NCBI GenBank assembly: GCA_050230475.1
Contig: JBFLGF010000129.1
Location: 1-64,000 of the forward strand
Source of the DNA: Ancylonema sp.
Taxonomy: Eukaryota
Length of the DNA: 64,000 bases
Direction: 5' to 3'
The position numbers and the translations under genes are program-made. Within the stretch, counting starts at the first letter, position 1, and each line of letters starts with the position of its first letter. Below the pieces are notes generated by a model. It searched no databases. It was not told the origin of the DNA and saw nothing but the letters and a program-made list of their open reading frames with translations. Shown here piece after piece: positions 38,139 to 59,623 of this stretch.

Positions 38139-38730
38139 GAGCATCAACTATGGTCGGACTACTCGGGCCGGATTACTATTTGCGCCACGAACCGGGTCGA
38201 ATCTGGTCGAATTTCCCGTACTATGGTCGGGACTAGACAACTTTCGAGGGACTACGAGTTGTCCTTTTTAAAGCGCCATGACAACTTATAGGCCTAGTTG
38301 TCCTCGAGGACTACTGAGTAGTCCTTCAGACTAACGAATCAGAGGCGCTGAGATGACGCGGCCCAGATCTCGTCGAAAAAAATAAACGATTGCGATGAAC
38401 ATCCCGGTGACGATTCGAAAAAGTGAAATATTGACGGACAGATGTTGGTAAATTCTGAGCGACAAATCCCGTCGTAAGTTGCGCTCTAATTTTACGACCT
38501 CAAACGAGCCACATCGAGCGGATCTAAGGAATGACGGCCACGATGCTCCACCTGACGCGAAATTGCTGAGGTGGCAGTAGTCCGCGATCTAGTCCCTGAC
38601 CATAGTGCGGCGACACAATTTGGCGAGCCACTGCCCCGATGACAGCTAGTCTGCGAGGACAACTCGGGCGGTTAACCCGGACTACTCGTCGAGTTGTCCT
38701 TCAAAAGTAGTCCGACCGTAGTTGATGTTG
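38139..38730. mobile_element. Tourist/Harbinger-like MITE
   Basis: TAA|gagcatcaactatggtcggactact ... agtagtccgaccgtagttgatgttg. Confidence 0.65.
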
Positions 38731-39184
38731 TTGGAACCCAGCCGATATCCTAGCGCAAGGAGAAATCAGAAAACACCTACTGTTGACTAATTTTGGGCGC
38801 AAGTACGGAAGCCAAGTCGAACGGGGCTTAAGTCGGAGGTGATAGTGAATGCCCGTAGAGCGCAAAATGAGCGCATGAGCGCATGAGCGTATTAGAGCGC
38901 ATAATGAGTGCATGAGCGCATGAGCGTATTGGAGCGCATGATGAGCGCTGGAGCGCATGAACGCAAAATGAGCGCATAAAATACGGTAACCGGGCAGAAT
39001 TTCCGTTCATTGCATAATAAATTCAGGGGGATCTCAGTATGCCCGCGATCATGCGCTCATGAGCGCATGATCCTGCGCTCATGCGCTCGCCGATCCCCAG
39101 TAACACGTCACTTCGGCGGCCAGCCGAAGTGAAATACATCAATTCTCAGTACACACGTGCCCGTATGTGAATGGTTCTATGCGA

Positions 39185-39490
39185 AATCCGTTAAGTATCT
39201 TGCGGTGTGACCGAGGCCATATTTTGCCGTCGTGGTGAGCACTTTGAGACGGTTTGGTCAAGGGCCAAGGGTTGATCAGTGGCAAACAGGCGGCAAAGAG
39301 GCTTGTGAGGGGGGGCTTAGGAACAAGGCTTCTTAATGGGAAGGATGAGGACATAACGGTATGGGGTTATAGTGATGCTTCATTCGGTAGTGATATGAAG
39401 ACACGGAAAGAGCATTTAGGGTTATTGGTATAAGTGTGTGAGCGGCGATTTGGGGAAGGAAGCTACACTACGCTCCACTAAATGGAATAC
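39185..39490 (+). mobile_element. Old Ty1/copia RT-RNase H relic
   Basis: With frameshifts: KYLAV..RPYFAVVVSTLRRF...AAKRLVR...GYSDASFGSDMKTRK/SI*GY, matching the copia consensus YL..TRPDIAFAVS.LSRF...AAKRVLRY...GYSDADF.GD..TRKSTSGY. Confidence 0.75.
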
Positions 39491-41007
39491 CAATCTCACA
39501 TTGTCGAGACAAGAAACACATATCTTTAGACAGGTTATCAACTTTTACGCCGGGTTTTAACTTGAAACCTTACGGTCAAGTGACCGATCCCCTTTCGTTC
39601 CTCACATTCCCCAGACCCCGTATATATTTGATGTGCGTAAACTATTGTGGTATTGGACGTTCAAGTCACGTTAGGAAGCCGCTTGGTATCTTCTAGGCCG
39701 TATGATCTCAGTATCTCAAAACACAAATACCTATTTCGTCCTCCACTTTTTTAGGGGGCTAGATTCTCCGAGTACCCGAACATATTGTAGACCCGGCGGA
39801 CGCGTCCGCTAGCGGACGTTGTGATCCACCCGGGTAATGTTATGGTTACCATTGGATTTTGCCGAGTTTTGGATATTAGGGGTTACTATGATCGCGAGAC
39901 CCCGTTTCTCGAGTAGGGCATTATTTCATGAAAATAGATGCCGGAATAGGGGTGGGGCTACGGGGGGGGACTTGGACATGTGGATGGGGCTAAGACGTAA
40001 GGCTCTTGTATATTGATCCATTTTGAGGTGGAGTGAGGCTATAAAATCTTCCGTGTACGGTATGGCCTAGAGTAAACCCGATTCGGACCAAACGTCATAT
40101 AGAATTGGGGGAACGGGACTCAACTATGTCAACACGACATGTCTTTCTTTGGATTAAAAATTGTGTGTCTTGGTTCGGTTTTCGACAACATGCGATAATT
40201 CACATGTTCGTGTGGTCCGTCAGGTCCACACGCGGGGGTTCATGTGCGTGTGCTTGTATACTACAAGCACGCGAAGCAATTTTGCATGTAGACTACGCGA
40301 CAACAAAGTTTTGATCGTGCGGTGTTTCTATGCCCACATCAAAACACAATTATGTAGACGAGCACCTTGACTCGCTGTTTGAGATTTCATAAGTGAATCG
40401 CACATATTCTTCGTGCAACCACTTTGCTAGTCCTAGCCAATGATTTGAAGTGTGAGTACACCATGATACACTCAACACCCTGTTCAAAGTATTGCTCTGC
40501 CAACCGCCTCCGGCTCTGGCTCGACATCCGCCTACTATTGTGTCCTCCCCTTAGACCGAAATCAGGGACACTCGGAATGAGTGACAAGTTCAAATCCGCG
40601 AGATGAGACATGTATGTTTCCATTCCATTATCACATAGCCACATTTCAAAGAAATATCGAATTTGGATCAATGTATGCCAACACAACCGTCAATATGTGG
40701 TTGCTTGATAGAAAATTTCACCAAATCGATCGGGCATGGAAGGGTGACGCATCAATATTCGATGGTCAAGTAGATGCACCATTTCGTTTACCGATTGCTG
40801 GGCTCCTCACGTGCACCCGCAATATCTTTTGCCCCACAACGTACAACGTTCATGGTAAATTTCTACGTGGAACTTTCTTTTTGAATTTACAACACATCCT
40901 TGGATAAGACCACCGCAACGGTTGCTCTCCCATGAATGATCAAGGAACACAATTTCGGTGCGAGTTTTTTTCTTGACAAGAATCCTGTGTGGGTGGTTCC
41001 TCCTCCT

Positions 41008-44000
41008 TTAAGATTTCGGTGCTATATACGTCACACGTGCTTCAGGTGCTTTAGAATCCAACAAAATGAAGTTGTTCGCTGGCTTCCCCTTCCCGGACAC
41101 GCATCGCAGAATTTCCTGCGTAAAAAGAAAACACCCCCAAGTCAAGCGTCACACAAAACAAAATAGGAAATAATATTCGGGGGCATATTCGGTCCACGCT
41201 ATGTTGTCCAAAGGCCACCTGCCCAGCCAATCCCCCAATGATGGCCGTCATCGCCGGCAGCTCCGAACTTCCCGCGCTTGCCATCCGCTCCAACAACTCA
41301 TCCCAGATGGCAGTGGCATCCACACCCTGCGACCAAAACAAGCTCCCGCTTGAATTGCATCAGCGTAAATGTAAAGCTCCGAGCACAACCACATAAGGAA
41401 CATTATAAAAAGACCAGCATTTCTAATTAGTGAATCTGCATTGTACCCTTGTAAAAACACTTAGTAACACAATCCCCCTTCCAAACCCCCTTGACTGCGT
41501 GTATAGTGTTTTTGTACGGAAGTAAGAAGAGAGAGGGGTTAAGAAGCCAAGCCTACTCCTTCTGTGGCCATTCTGTCCCGAAGATCTTTCATCTCTCCAA
41601 AGTCTTTGGTTCCGATCTGCCCCGGAATGCGACCCGCCTTCTCCTCAAACTCTTCCACCACTGCGGATCCACCAATGGATAAATGTGTTCAGGCATGGAT
41701 GGCAAGGGGGGGAAAAAGATGACAGGTGAAGAGTGTCATGCCACTAACCGAGCCAAGTCGCAATGTGAATAACGTATGAGAAGGGTGCGATTGTTCTACT
41801 TTACCGCGGAATGCGTAGAAGATGGGAGAGGTCCTTTTGGGGTGATTGCGCCAAGGGACTGCCAGGGCTTCCTGTGGAGGGAAGAGGAAAAGGCATAAGA
41901 TAGGAAAGATGACATTGATATGGAGGGTAGGATGTTGGACTGATCAACAATGAAAGATGTAGTTCGAATACACAATAAAAAATCAAAATATGCAATTTGC
42001 ATCCCTCCATACCTCTAGACTCGCGAAGCACTCCACCTCGGGCGGTTCGCTCTCTTTGCCCTTCACCTACATGCCGCGCCACCGCCCTCACAAGCCAAGT
42101 GTCAAGGTTTATGGTTTAAGGTTTATGAACGGGGCCGTGTTTTGCGTTGCTCTTTTGCCCACCTTGTAGTGGTGGAGTCCTAGATCAGAGAAGATTCGGC
42201 CCAAGCCCCACCGCAAGTCGAGTTGGAAGTAGGAGATGGGAGAGGGACTGTTTCTGCACATCTGGTTCACTGCGTTCTGCACCCGAAGGGGACAGGACAC
42301 GTGTCATTCATGTGACACTCAATTTGTGAACTCTTTGAAGAATTGTATCAGCGTCGGTAGGATACATGCAGGCCTTTGACTCATGTACATCGTATTTGAT
42401 ATCAAACGTAAATGTTTGTTACATGGAAAAAATGTGAGAGCCAATTTTAGGCAAAGAAATCCCCGCCCGCGGGCGGGGATTATTCCGCCCGCCTCCGCCC
42501 GCGGGCGGAACCACCCGCGGGCGCCGCCCGTTCCGGGCGCGCTGAATTTCGGAATTTCAAGAAAGCTAGTTAAAAAAGCATAGCTTCTAGACGTTTTATG
42601 ATATTCTTTAAAAAAAAAATGTTTCATGTAGATGAAACTATGTAGTTGATATTAGCACTTTTTGTTTTTTTATTCCGATCAATATGGAGTTTTAAAAACT
42701 GAATACACCAGAACCCTAAAAAAGCTCTATATACCCGCACGCCACGTGGACATTCCCGCCCACGTGCCGCCCGCGGGCGGTGCCGCCCGCGGAGATTTTG
42801 ACGGGCGTGTACATCTATGATTTTAGGTGTGTGCATTAGAGCTCTGAACTCGATAGAGTCAATACTGGGGCAGGCCACCTACGCATGTCTGGAGAGACGC
42901 CCGACCTAGAAGAACGGCATCGAAATTGTTGAAAAAATCCTCCGCTTTCTTCTCAAGCTTGCCTGTTTGCAGAACAAGAAACAAGCAAACACCAAGCAAC
43001 ACCCTTTACCAAATGATTTTAAACGTGTTTGCAAAAAGCACATCTCACGTGGCCCACTCACCTTCCGCCGCGTGGATGGCCACCATCGGATTGAAGTCTC
43101 TCAACGCCTCCGCACAAACCTCAGACACTTTCCGAGGGGGCGACTCGACTTGGGCCTCTGCCGATATGAGGAAAATGGCGGCTATGGTTTCCTCCGTAAC
43201 CGGGTTGTCGTCTAGGAGAGTGACGGACCCAATGCCCGCGAGCACCACGTTCTTGCACGCCTGCAATCATTGCGTAATCATCATATTCACACCATTGGCA
43301 CTAAACTTTAACAATTGTTGATTGAAGCCGGGTTTACCTCGATAGTGGCACCACTTAGTCCGGCCACCAATAGCCGCGCCTTGCCCATGCTGGATACAAA
43401 TCACACAACAAGAATTTTAATGGATAAAAATAATTGCTATCCACTTGGCACCTCTGTATTTTGCATCTCTCTCCATGAATACACCTTTTTTCTATCTTGA
43501 TACATGAGGCAAGTTATGCAAAAAGAAAACGGACGAACATGCACACTTATATAGAACCATTAATGTGGATACACATGTGTCTACAGCCATACATGCAAAC
43601 ATGAACATTTGTATTTGTGCGTGTGTATGAGTGTTCGAGCACACGTACATATCTGCGCCTTGCCACATACATTTGTTATATGCATACTTGAAGGTAACTA
43701 TATGAAGTTACATATACACATGTATGTAGAATATGTAAAAAACCATTATATAATTGCATCATACTATATAAACATTCATATATAGGATTTATATACAATA
43801 TTATATACAAAGTAAACATGTAAATACATATATGTATATACATATTTATGACATGCATACATTTGTAATATATATAGACATCTATGTGTTTGTATGTGAC
43901 TCCTAATGTACATATAACCTATGGATTAAAATAAAATTACATCTTAAGCATGTAATTTTGTTTGTTCTTTGTGTTTGTATCTTCCTCACGGGTATCTGAT

Positions 44001-44404
44001 TACAGGTGTGTGAATGATTTTGTTAGTATATGCATGTATATATACCACCATATACCTGCATATGTACATATTCCACCGTATACCTGCATATGTTTACATA
44101 ATCTGTACACAGGTATATTTATGGATGCCATCCTCTGTCAATAAATACATCTAAAAAATAAAAGGAACTGAAAAGTTTTTACGTACATGAGAAATTTCTA
44201 ACAAGAATGCTGATCGAATTAGAGGAATTATCGAATAACTTTCCGTCTTCCAGCAAGCAGAGGTTTGTTAGAAATCACTGAAGTCGTTTGAAAAGTGCAG
44301 AAAGGAAGTTGCGCTTACCGTTTTTGGGCGTCTGCCCCCCATACTCGAATTTGGCGATCGTACAGAGCGGCTTCCTGTTCCGTCAACAATTCCGTCTCCG
44401 ACAT
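41008..44404 (-). CDS. SAE1: SUMO-activating enzyme subunit 1 (AOS1/SAE1), 10 exons
   Basis: Exons with GT-AG ends: MSETELLTEQEAALYDRQIRVWGADAQKR (44404-44319), MGKARLLVAGLSGATIE, ACKNVVLAGIGSVTLLDD...LRDFNPMV, KLEKK..FDAVLLG, NAVNQMCR..GRIFSDL, VKGK..FASLE, EALAVPW..PIFYAFR, VEEFEE..., ELPAMTAIIGGLAGQ, EILRCVSGKGKPANNF...PKS* (stop 41008-41010). Confidence 0.93.
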
Positions 44405-44458
44405 CTTTCCTGATTACACCGTCTGGGCTCTCTCCGTTGCTACTTTGGCAAGACAAGA

Positions 44459-44506
44459 AGCTGACGAGCTGACGAGCTGACGAGCTGACGAGCTGACGAG
44501 CTGACG
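44459..44506. repeat. Perfect octamer tandem (AGCTGACG)x6 just upstream of the SAE1 ATG
   Basis: Six exact copies read directly, starting 55 nt from the start codon. Confidence 0.95.
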
Positions 44507-44643
44507 AGCAGCTGGTATCATTCACCACCAATGGTTCTCATCTGCATGCCAGCTAATCGGGTTGTCGGTTACAGACAACGGTCCTCGTAATCAGAGAACT
44601 GGTGTTCAGTTTTAGAGAAGCTTCTACGTTGTACAATTTCATA

Positions 44644-45182
44644 CAGTGCAGTCTTGATATAGTGACAAATTTATAGACGGGGGAAAGTAATGTCACTATA
44701 TCGAATGCTAATGTTGTCACTATACACTGTATAGTGAAATTTAATAGGGCGACCAGAGGCAATTGTCACTATATCGAGAGAAAGTGAAATTCAGGTCGAT
44801 ATTTTTAACGGAGGTGGCTCATCGAAACGGCTTTTGTTTTAACATCCTCTCGCTATAGTAAAACCTGTCTACATAACTAATGTTGGAACCATTAAAAAAA
44901 ATGAAATTAGACTGGTTATTTTTTTACGCGTCACATTTTGCTAAAAACAATTCGGGCAGATTATTATGCATTAAAATAGACAGGCTCTTAACTTTCAGAG
45001 TAGAAATTACAGGTTTCACCGTATAGGGACATCGCAATACAAAAATCTGGGAATTTTTGGTCACTATAACGATTGTCACTATATAGTGTAGGTTTTTATA
45101 TAGGATTAGAAAAAGGGCAAAAAAAATGTCACTATAAAGCGATTGTCACTGTACAGTGTGTCACTATATCAAGACTGCACTG
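44644..45182. mobile_element. pogo/Tc1-mariner-like MITE with perfect 24-bp TIR and TA TSD
   Basis: TA|cagtgcagtcttgatatagtgaca ... tgtcactatatcaagactgcactg|TA; internal gtcactata motifs. Confidence 0.92.
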
Positions 45183-45306
45183 TACCTCCTAGCCTCCTAG
45201 GGTTGCATTTCTAGGGAGCCCGGAGTCCAAAAATCCTGAATCCCGAAGGTTTCGTGGGCTCGGAGGCCCGACTCTGTCTCCGTCGCGGACAACAACGCTA
45301 CAAGAA

Positions 45307-46203
45307 TAGGGTGGCGGTCTACCCTTAACCCGGAAAACCCTTAACCCGTAACCCTGAGGTATTAACCCGCAAATAACCCGGCATCCAAAAACCGGGTTAA
45401 AAACCCGCAATAACCCAGAATAACCCTCGTACCCCGAAAATACCCGGAATTTGAGGGTATTTGAGGGTATTCTAGGGTACATCAGGATAGGTTATGGTAG
45501 GTTCTTCCGGGATTATTTTTGTCATTCATAGGTCTCTTATCGCCTAATTTTCTGTTACGAATCTGTGCCGCCTGGCCGTGGCCCAAAAAACCTTGTTGCG
45601 AACGGCGCGAACCCTATCCCCAGTGTCCACGACAAGTTGTCGCTTGCGGCTTAGAGAGTCTCGAGGCTGCCTGGATCGGACTTGTGTAGAGGTCGTGGAT
45701 AGCTATGTGGGTGGCTGGCTGGTTTTTTTGTTTAGGCTTGGGGACACCGTAGCAACCATTTTTCGTCAGGGACATGTCACTTGATACGCAAGAGTCAGTT
45801 GGTGAAGAAGAGCCATCTCATGAGAAATGTGTGGAACACTTTCGGTGAAATGGTCCATGCACCATGTTATTTGCAACGATACCGTCAAATACTCGTGTAT
45901 GCAACGTCTAGGCTTTAAAATTGCTCGTCTTTCAAATATACTCTCTTAACATTCAAATTTTTGTAATGCAAAGTTTTTTTTTTTTTTTTTTTATGGGACT
46001 TTTTTATAGCTTCTGATAAGGTGTAACACCCTCAAGGTATGCTAGGGTTATTCCGGGTATTTGAGGGTTTTTAGGGATATTTCGGGTATTTAAGGGGATT
46101 TGTGGGTACGGTGGGGGTAATTAGGGGTACATTAGGGTATTTGCGGGTTACTTGAGGGTATGTGCTTTTTATTTTTAAAAAAATGCGGGTTACCGCCACC
46201 CTC
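45307..46203. mobile_element. Second copy of the 32838-34192 hAT non-autonomous family
   Basis: TIR tagggtggcggt / accgccaccctc; TSD tacaagaa / tacaagag (7/8); both arms colinear with the first copy, central part differs. Confidence 0.88.
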
Positions 46204-47650
46204 TACAAGAGGGGCCGAAGGGTATATCGAGCCAAGTCTTCAATCTAATTTGGGATTGCTCGAGTTCTTCTAAGCCTGAGAACAGACGTAGTATCTTTCA
46301 GTATTTAGTGACACTAACTTAGTGTGTGTTGGAGACAAGAGGACTTAGGGTGCGTCTTCATTATGAGTGATCTATAATCGTGAGTGCTGACGTGTTTGGA
46401 TTGTCCGAGGTTATGTATGGTTTAATTGATACCGGTTTTTTTTTTTAAACAGATGTTTCATGATGCCACAACATGTTTTCCGTTGTTATCCGTGGTGATT
46501 TGATTTGTATATTTTAACCACCACTCCATCATAAGCTATTTTTTTATGACATTGCAAAGCTTGAGCAAAACATTGTCCCAACATTTCAAGACAAAGCATT
46601 CTCACTTGCGAGCCATACATGACATGCGTAATATTATTTATTTTATGTTTTCTCAAAAAAAAAGAACTATCATCGTTGAACATGATTCAAAATGATATCT
46701 ATGCTACCAACACCAAACGCGACAAAATTAAAATTCTATAAACAAATCCCCATTATTGTTGGTGTACACAACGCGAGTACCATGCCGCATAACAAGACCC
46801 CATACGCGATTACGCGCACATGTTGACACCTCGAAGTGTTTTATTAAACAGTAAAACCCATCTAAATTAATATTGTTCAAATTTATAACTTCTCTAAATC
46901 AATGCTTTTTCCCGGTCCCGACCTTGCGAGAGCTTTACATTAAACCTTCATAACCGTCCCGTCGACGTGTCAATTAATAATGTACGGAATTCGTACTTGT
47001 TTGTACACAATGTACGAATGTGGGATAAAAATGGGGGGGGGGGAGGGGAGAACCAAAACACGGGAAAAAAAAAATCGTTTTCTTTTTTGAATAAATCTGG
47101 CGAGGTGCAAATATGGAGGGTCGGCTCATGTTTACATCATTGTGATTATGTTACATCCAATGACCAATCACTTTGTGGAAATACACGATTGGGTTGATTC
47201 CGAGTTGCCCCTCGCATTCACATAGATATTGTTTCATAACATTTGGAACCGGTCTTGTTTGAGGTTTAAACCAATATAGAAAGGGCGACCAGGGGCCGCG
47301 GTTTGCCTATCTAGGGTGGTGGATCGAGGCATCAGCCTAGTTTGTGAGTTTCATGTTATCATCAACGTGTTTCGGTTGCTTTGCAACGGTCTTTAGCACA
47401 TGCTAATCCATACTAGGACATTGCGTTTACAGCATCGCATGTCTTTCTTCCCGCCCCATCCCCCACACGTGTTAATCATGGCGGCAAGAGTTTAGTGTGG
47501 TAGTTCGGTTCCCCTAGAGTGTGCGGAACTTTGGTGTTTTATTATGGTGGTAATTTTGGTGTTTATGGTGGTTATTTTGAGCTGTTAGATCGGTTTCCAT
47601 TGAAGGAGGTTGGTCATCTAAACGGCGTTTGTTCTAATATGAACTCGCTA

Positions 47651-48096
47651 CAGTAAAGCATTTTCAAATAAACAATGTCGGGACCGATAATGAATATTAA
47701 TTTCGACAGAGTATAACATTAGACGTCGGATAATCGGGAAAACGGGAAAACGGGAAAACGGGAAACGGGAAAACGATTTTTTGGGTGTGAACTCGAAATC
47801 GAGCGGAAGACTTTCTATTATATTGGAGAGGTTATTGATTTGAACTGCGTTAATTTAGACAGGTTTCACTCTATAGTGACATCTCAATAGCAAAATCTGG
47901 GATTTATTGGTCACTGTAACGTGTGTCACTGTAACGTGTGCCCTATATGGAGTGTGGTTTTATATATTTGATTAAAAAAGGGGCAAAAAAAATGTCACTA
48001 TATCGTGATTGCCACTGTATCGAGTGTCACAATATCAAGGGTTTACTGTACGTTTTTCCCGGTCCCGACATTAACAAATTAGACAGGTATGATTGT
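47651..48096. mobile_element. Composite pogo-like MITE (contains the right arm of the 44644 family)
   Basis: TA|cagtaaag...aatgtcgggaccg mirrored by cggtcccgacatt (~48060-48072); 47859-48048 is colinear with 45009-45182. Confidence 0.55.
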
Positions 48097-48575
48097 TTCT
48101 AGAAATTCATGAGCTCCAATCTCCGGTCCTGGATCCGGGCTCTGCTTGAGGGCTCAACTCCAGCTCCAAGCCGAGCTCTGGGCTCCGATCCGAAGCCCGG
48201 GGTTGCTCTCCGCAGTGAAACACACGTGCTACACGTGGCTCCCTCTGTCGAACCTCGGGTGGTAAGAAATTGTCGCTCATGGAATTGAACGCCCATCCTG
48301 CTCTACTGGGGGCAAAGACGTCTGCCACCGGTTGCTGGGAGGACGGGCAGTAACCTCAGGCACATCAGACTCCGCCCGAGTTGCTGATTGGTATATGTAT
48401 CATCAAGGAAAAGAATGTGGATCCCAACCCCGGCAAACGTTCCCATACTTTGCGTCACAAATCACGGGAAGGGAACTGCGGGAGGCACGCAACCGTAGAG
48501 TTGCGAGGGTTACTTTGTTTTTCATGAAAAAATATTTTGGAAATATTGTGATCCTTTTCCAGTGGTGATCCGGTC

Positions 48576-56742
<8,167 letters not shown>

Positions 56743-57079
56743 AAATTCATGGATAAATGTTGAATTTGCGGGGCGTTATCCCTAAGGTTGTTGTAGTTGG
56801 TGTTATATTTGTAGGGCACTTGTTGATTGGTTTCGTGGTACATTCTGCGCAAAGTGAGCGTGAATCTCATCCTTGTTTTACTGTTGTATAAAAACTATCT
56901 CATCTTGATTGCTGTTGGGGGGGGAGTGCTAGTGGACAAAAAGGGAAGTTATAAAATTTCTTTTGTAGGACGTAACTGTAGTTTGTCCAAAAGACCAAAT
57001 ATTCAAATATTTGGTGTAGCGATTTGATGCTTTGTCACATGTTTCTCTAATTTGGAATCTAGAGGTTTCTCTCATGCAT

Positions 57080-57349
57080 AGTTGGGGGCGCACAAGTGAG
57101 CGGGTTTGGCGCACACGTTCGGAACATGTGCGCATCTCGCACATGTTCCGCATCGCGCATCTTCTGGCGAAAACCAAATTTGAAATTTTCATTAAGTTGA
57201 AAGCCGCCGCTCACATGAGTAAGTACTTTAAGTCTTTCTATCTCAAGTATTTGTATGTTGGGCGCGCACATGTACGCGGGGTTGAGCGCACATTTTCCGA
57301 ACATGCGCGCATCATGCACATGTTTTGAACATGTGCGCGATTTTAGTTA
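57080..57349. repeat. Dispersed repeat (probable MITE remnant), copy 2
   Basis: Colinear with 10968-11184; repeated gaacatgtgcgc motifs. Confidence 0.7.
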
Positions 57350-57688
57350 TGCTTTCATGGCTTTCTAGTGCTCAGCAAGCCCGTCAATGGTGGTTGGCCC
57401 TCGGGCTCGTAGGTTCATGGAATGCCCCTCACATCGCTTCTATATTGTTGGTCCGCGCATTGGGTATCTGAATTGTGTGATGGTCGCATGTGCCAAGCGT
57501 TAACATCTTTCCGAAGCACACAGAGCTCGTCATTGACAGTGTACGTATGCGCACCACTTGGGAGCGGCTATATGTGATTACGTATGTCTCGAGATTTCCC
57601 TCTCCCAACAAGATGCGAAAAATGCAACCAAAGTGGAGAACAATTGGAGCTAGGAGCCAAATGAAGCCACACCTTAACGGGTTTAGGA

Positions 57689-57977
57689 CATAGTTGCGTC
57701 CCGGACGCGAGGATGCCGGACGCGTCCGAGACGCGTCCAGCCCCGGACGCGTTCCGGACGCGTCCGGGGATCCCTGGACGCTCCGGGACGCAACTAAGAT
57801 GCAATAAAAAAAGGAAAAAGTTTTCAACCTGAAGTTACACAAATATGGGGGTTCCAAATATATGAATATCAGATTTTGGCTCTGGCGTCCGGGTCCGGGA
57901 CGCGTCCGGGACGCGTCCGGGCCCGGACGCGTTCCAGACGCGTCCGGAGATCCCCGGACGTCCGGGATGCAACTCTG
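57689..57977. mobile_element. 289-bp hAT MITE with 8-bp TSD, same family as the ends of 12243-17114
   Basis: TSD GTTTAGGA at 57681-57688 and 57978-57985; TIR catagttgcgtcccggacg / cgtccgggatgcaactctg. Confidence 0.95.
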
Positions 57978-58051
57978 GTTTAGGAGCATGGCAAACTCAA
58001 GCCTCAACGCTCATTGCAAACTCAACTTTTGTGCCTTGACTCATTGGCATA

Positions 58052-58632
58052 CCGTACCAGCCAGAGATAATGCGCCAACAAATCGGAAAATTGATTATTA
58101 ATAGTAGGCTCCAAACAGTTGCGCCAGCCAAATTTGAATTAATTAGTACGCGCCAAGAGTGTGCGCCAGGCAAATTTCAATTAATAAAAATGATCCAAAA
58201 AATAGCTGCACCGGGTGTTTTCCTTATTAATTTAAATGATCCAATCCAACTTGCGCCGTTATATAGGGACATGCGGGAGCTTTCAACCCTTGGGTTCTGG
58301 GCTCCTCGACCCCAGCGACCTTCCAAACTGGGCCAAAGACCGCTTTCCGTACACGAGCCCGGGGTTCCGCATCTCGAAACCCGGGGGCGTGGAGCTATTC
58401 TTCGTTACAAGCACCTCTCGACATATAAATTATTGAAATTCGATTTTCGATGGGAGATCAGAATATTCGCTAAATTATATTGTTGCGCCAAATTTTCGTC
58501 GATTTTAATTATTTATTTGCGACAAAAGGGTGCGCCAGCGTGGTCAAAATAATTAATTTAGTACGCGCCAAAAACGTGTGCGCCAGGCAAAATGGCAACT
58601 ATTTTTTGGCGCGTTGTCTCTGGCTGGTACGG
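58052..58632. mobile_element. MITE, CCGTACCAGCCAGAGATAA family, TA TSD, longer than the other copies
   Basis: TA|ccgtaccagccagagataatgcgcca ... tggcgcgttgtctctggctggtacgg|TA; extra ~240 bp internally versus the 17257 and 27182 copies. Confidence 0.9.
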
Positions 58633-59623
58633 TAGTTGGCTCCGTCCGATCCGATGGAGAAAATTTATGTTTGGTTCCGATCCGGATCGAAACCGGATCA
58701 CAACCTCGACTAGATCCGGTCTCTCATTCACTATATTGACTTCGGAATCTTCATAAACATCTTTATATGCACCTTTTTAGAATCCACAGAGTTTTTACCC
58801 ATTCTACTCTGTCGAAATCCTCAAATCAAGTCGTGATCCGCATCGGACCCCATCCGGATCGGAAGTTGTTGGGGGGTCGCCGGGTCGGGGCGCGACTATG
58901 CCCATTGGCCTATTCGGCCCATGAGACCATCTTAGCCGAACTCGTTTTCTCGTGGCTTGGAAGGCTCACGAATCCCTACCACTAGTAGGCTACAAGGGCG
59001 GGCCGGCCATGAATCAAGTTTTGTCATAACACGACCCCTCAACGAGAAGCCCATGATGATTGGACAAATGCTTTCCAGAACCTTATCAAATGGTTACGCG
59101 AAGTAGGTAAAAGAAAACTACCATTTTTTTTCAACGAAATGGTTTGCAATGCGGCAAGCTAACACGGATCAACAAACGGACAAGTAAAGGACAAGAAAGT
59201 ACTTCAAATCACATGAAGAAGATTGAAAGTAGAAATACAATGAAACGGTCTTTGATCCATGCGTGTGAGGGGTCACCTATGCCTAACTATGATTTGTTAT
59301 ACCATGTTGTTAAGCTGCCTCGGCTCGAGGCTTCCAACAAGATTTCCCAAAACAAACCATGGCCCTAATTGGGAACTCTTACACGCAACATTGCTATTGG
59401 ATGAATGCTACGAGATCACCCCAAGTACACCCACATGGGCTTCGGCCCCAACATGGCGACTTACAACAACCATACTTCGAAGAAGTCACTAAAATACTAG
59501 AATAGATACAGACTCGTGTTCTTGGTCCTTGACATAAGTGAGGTGTTGACCCCTTACCTTATGGTGCAAACATCCTTACTTTGTAAGATGATTTCCTCCT
59601 ACCTACTCCTGCACATTTCGATG

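Larger units (their letters stand above)
35151..38854. mobile_element. PIF/Harbinger-like non-autonomous element
   Basis: ~40-bp TIR gggcattcactatccccgccgactta / taagtcggaggtgatagtgaatgccc; flanks TTA/GTA; removing it restores the host motif gagcgtattagagcgca seen intact at ~38885. Confidence 0.7.
35070..39099. mobile_element. Outer MITE (gagcgcat-repeat family) hosting a nest of insertions
   Basis: TIR ggatcggcgagcgca (~35074) / tgcgctcgccgatcc (~39096); gagcgc(a/g)t repeats on both sides of the inner insertion. No TSD seen. Confidence 0.6.
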
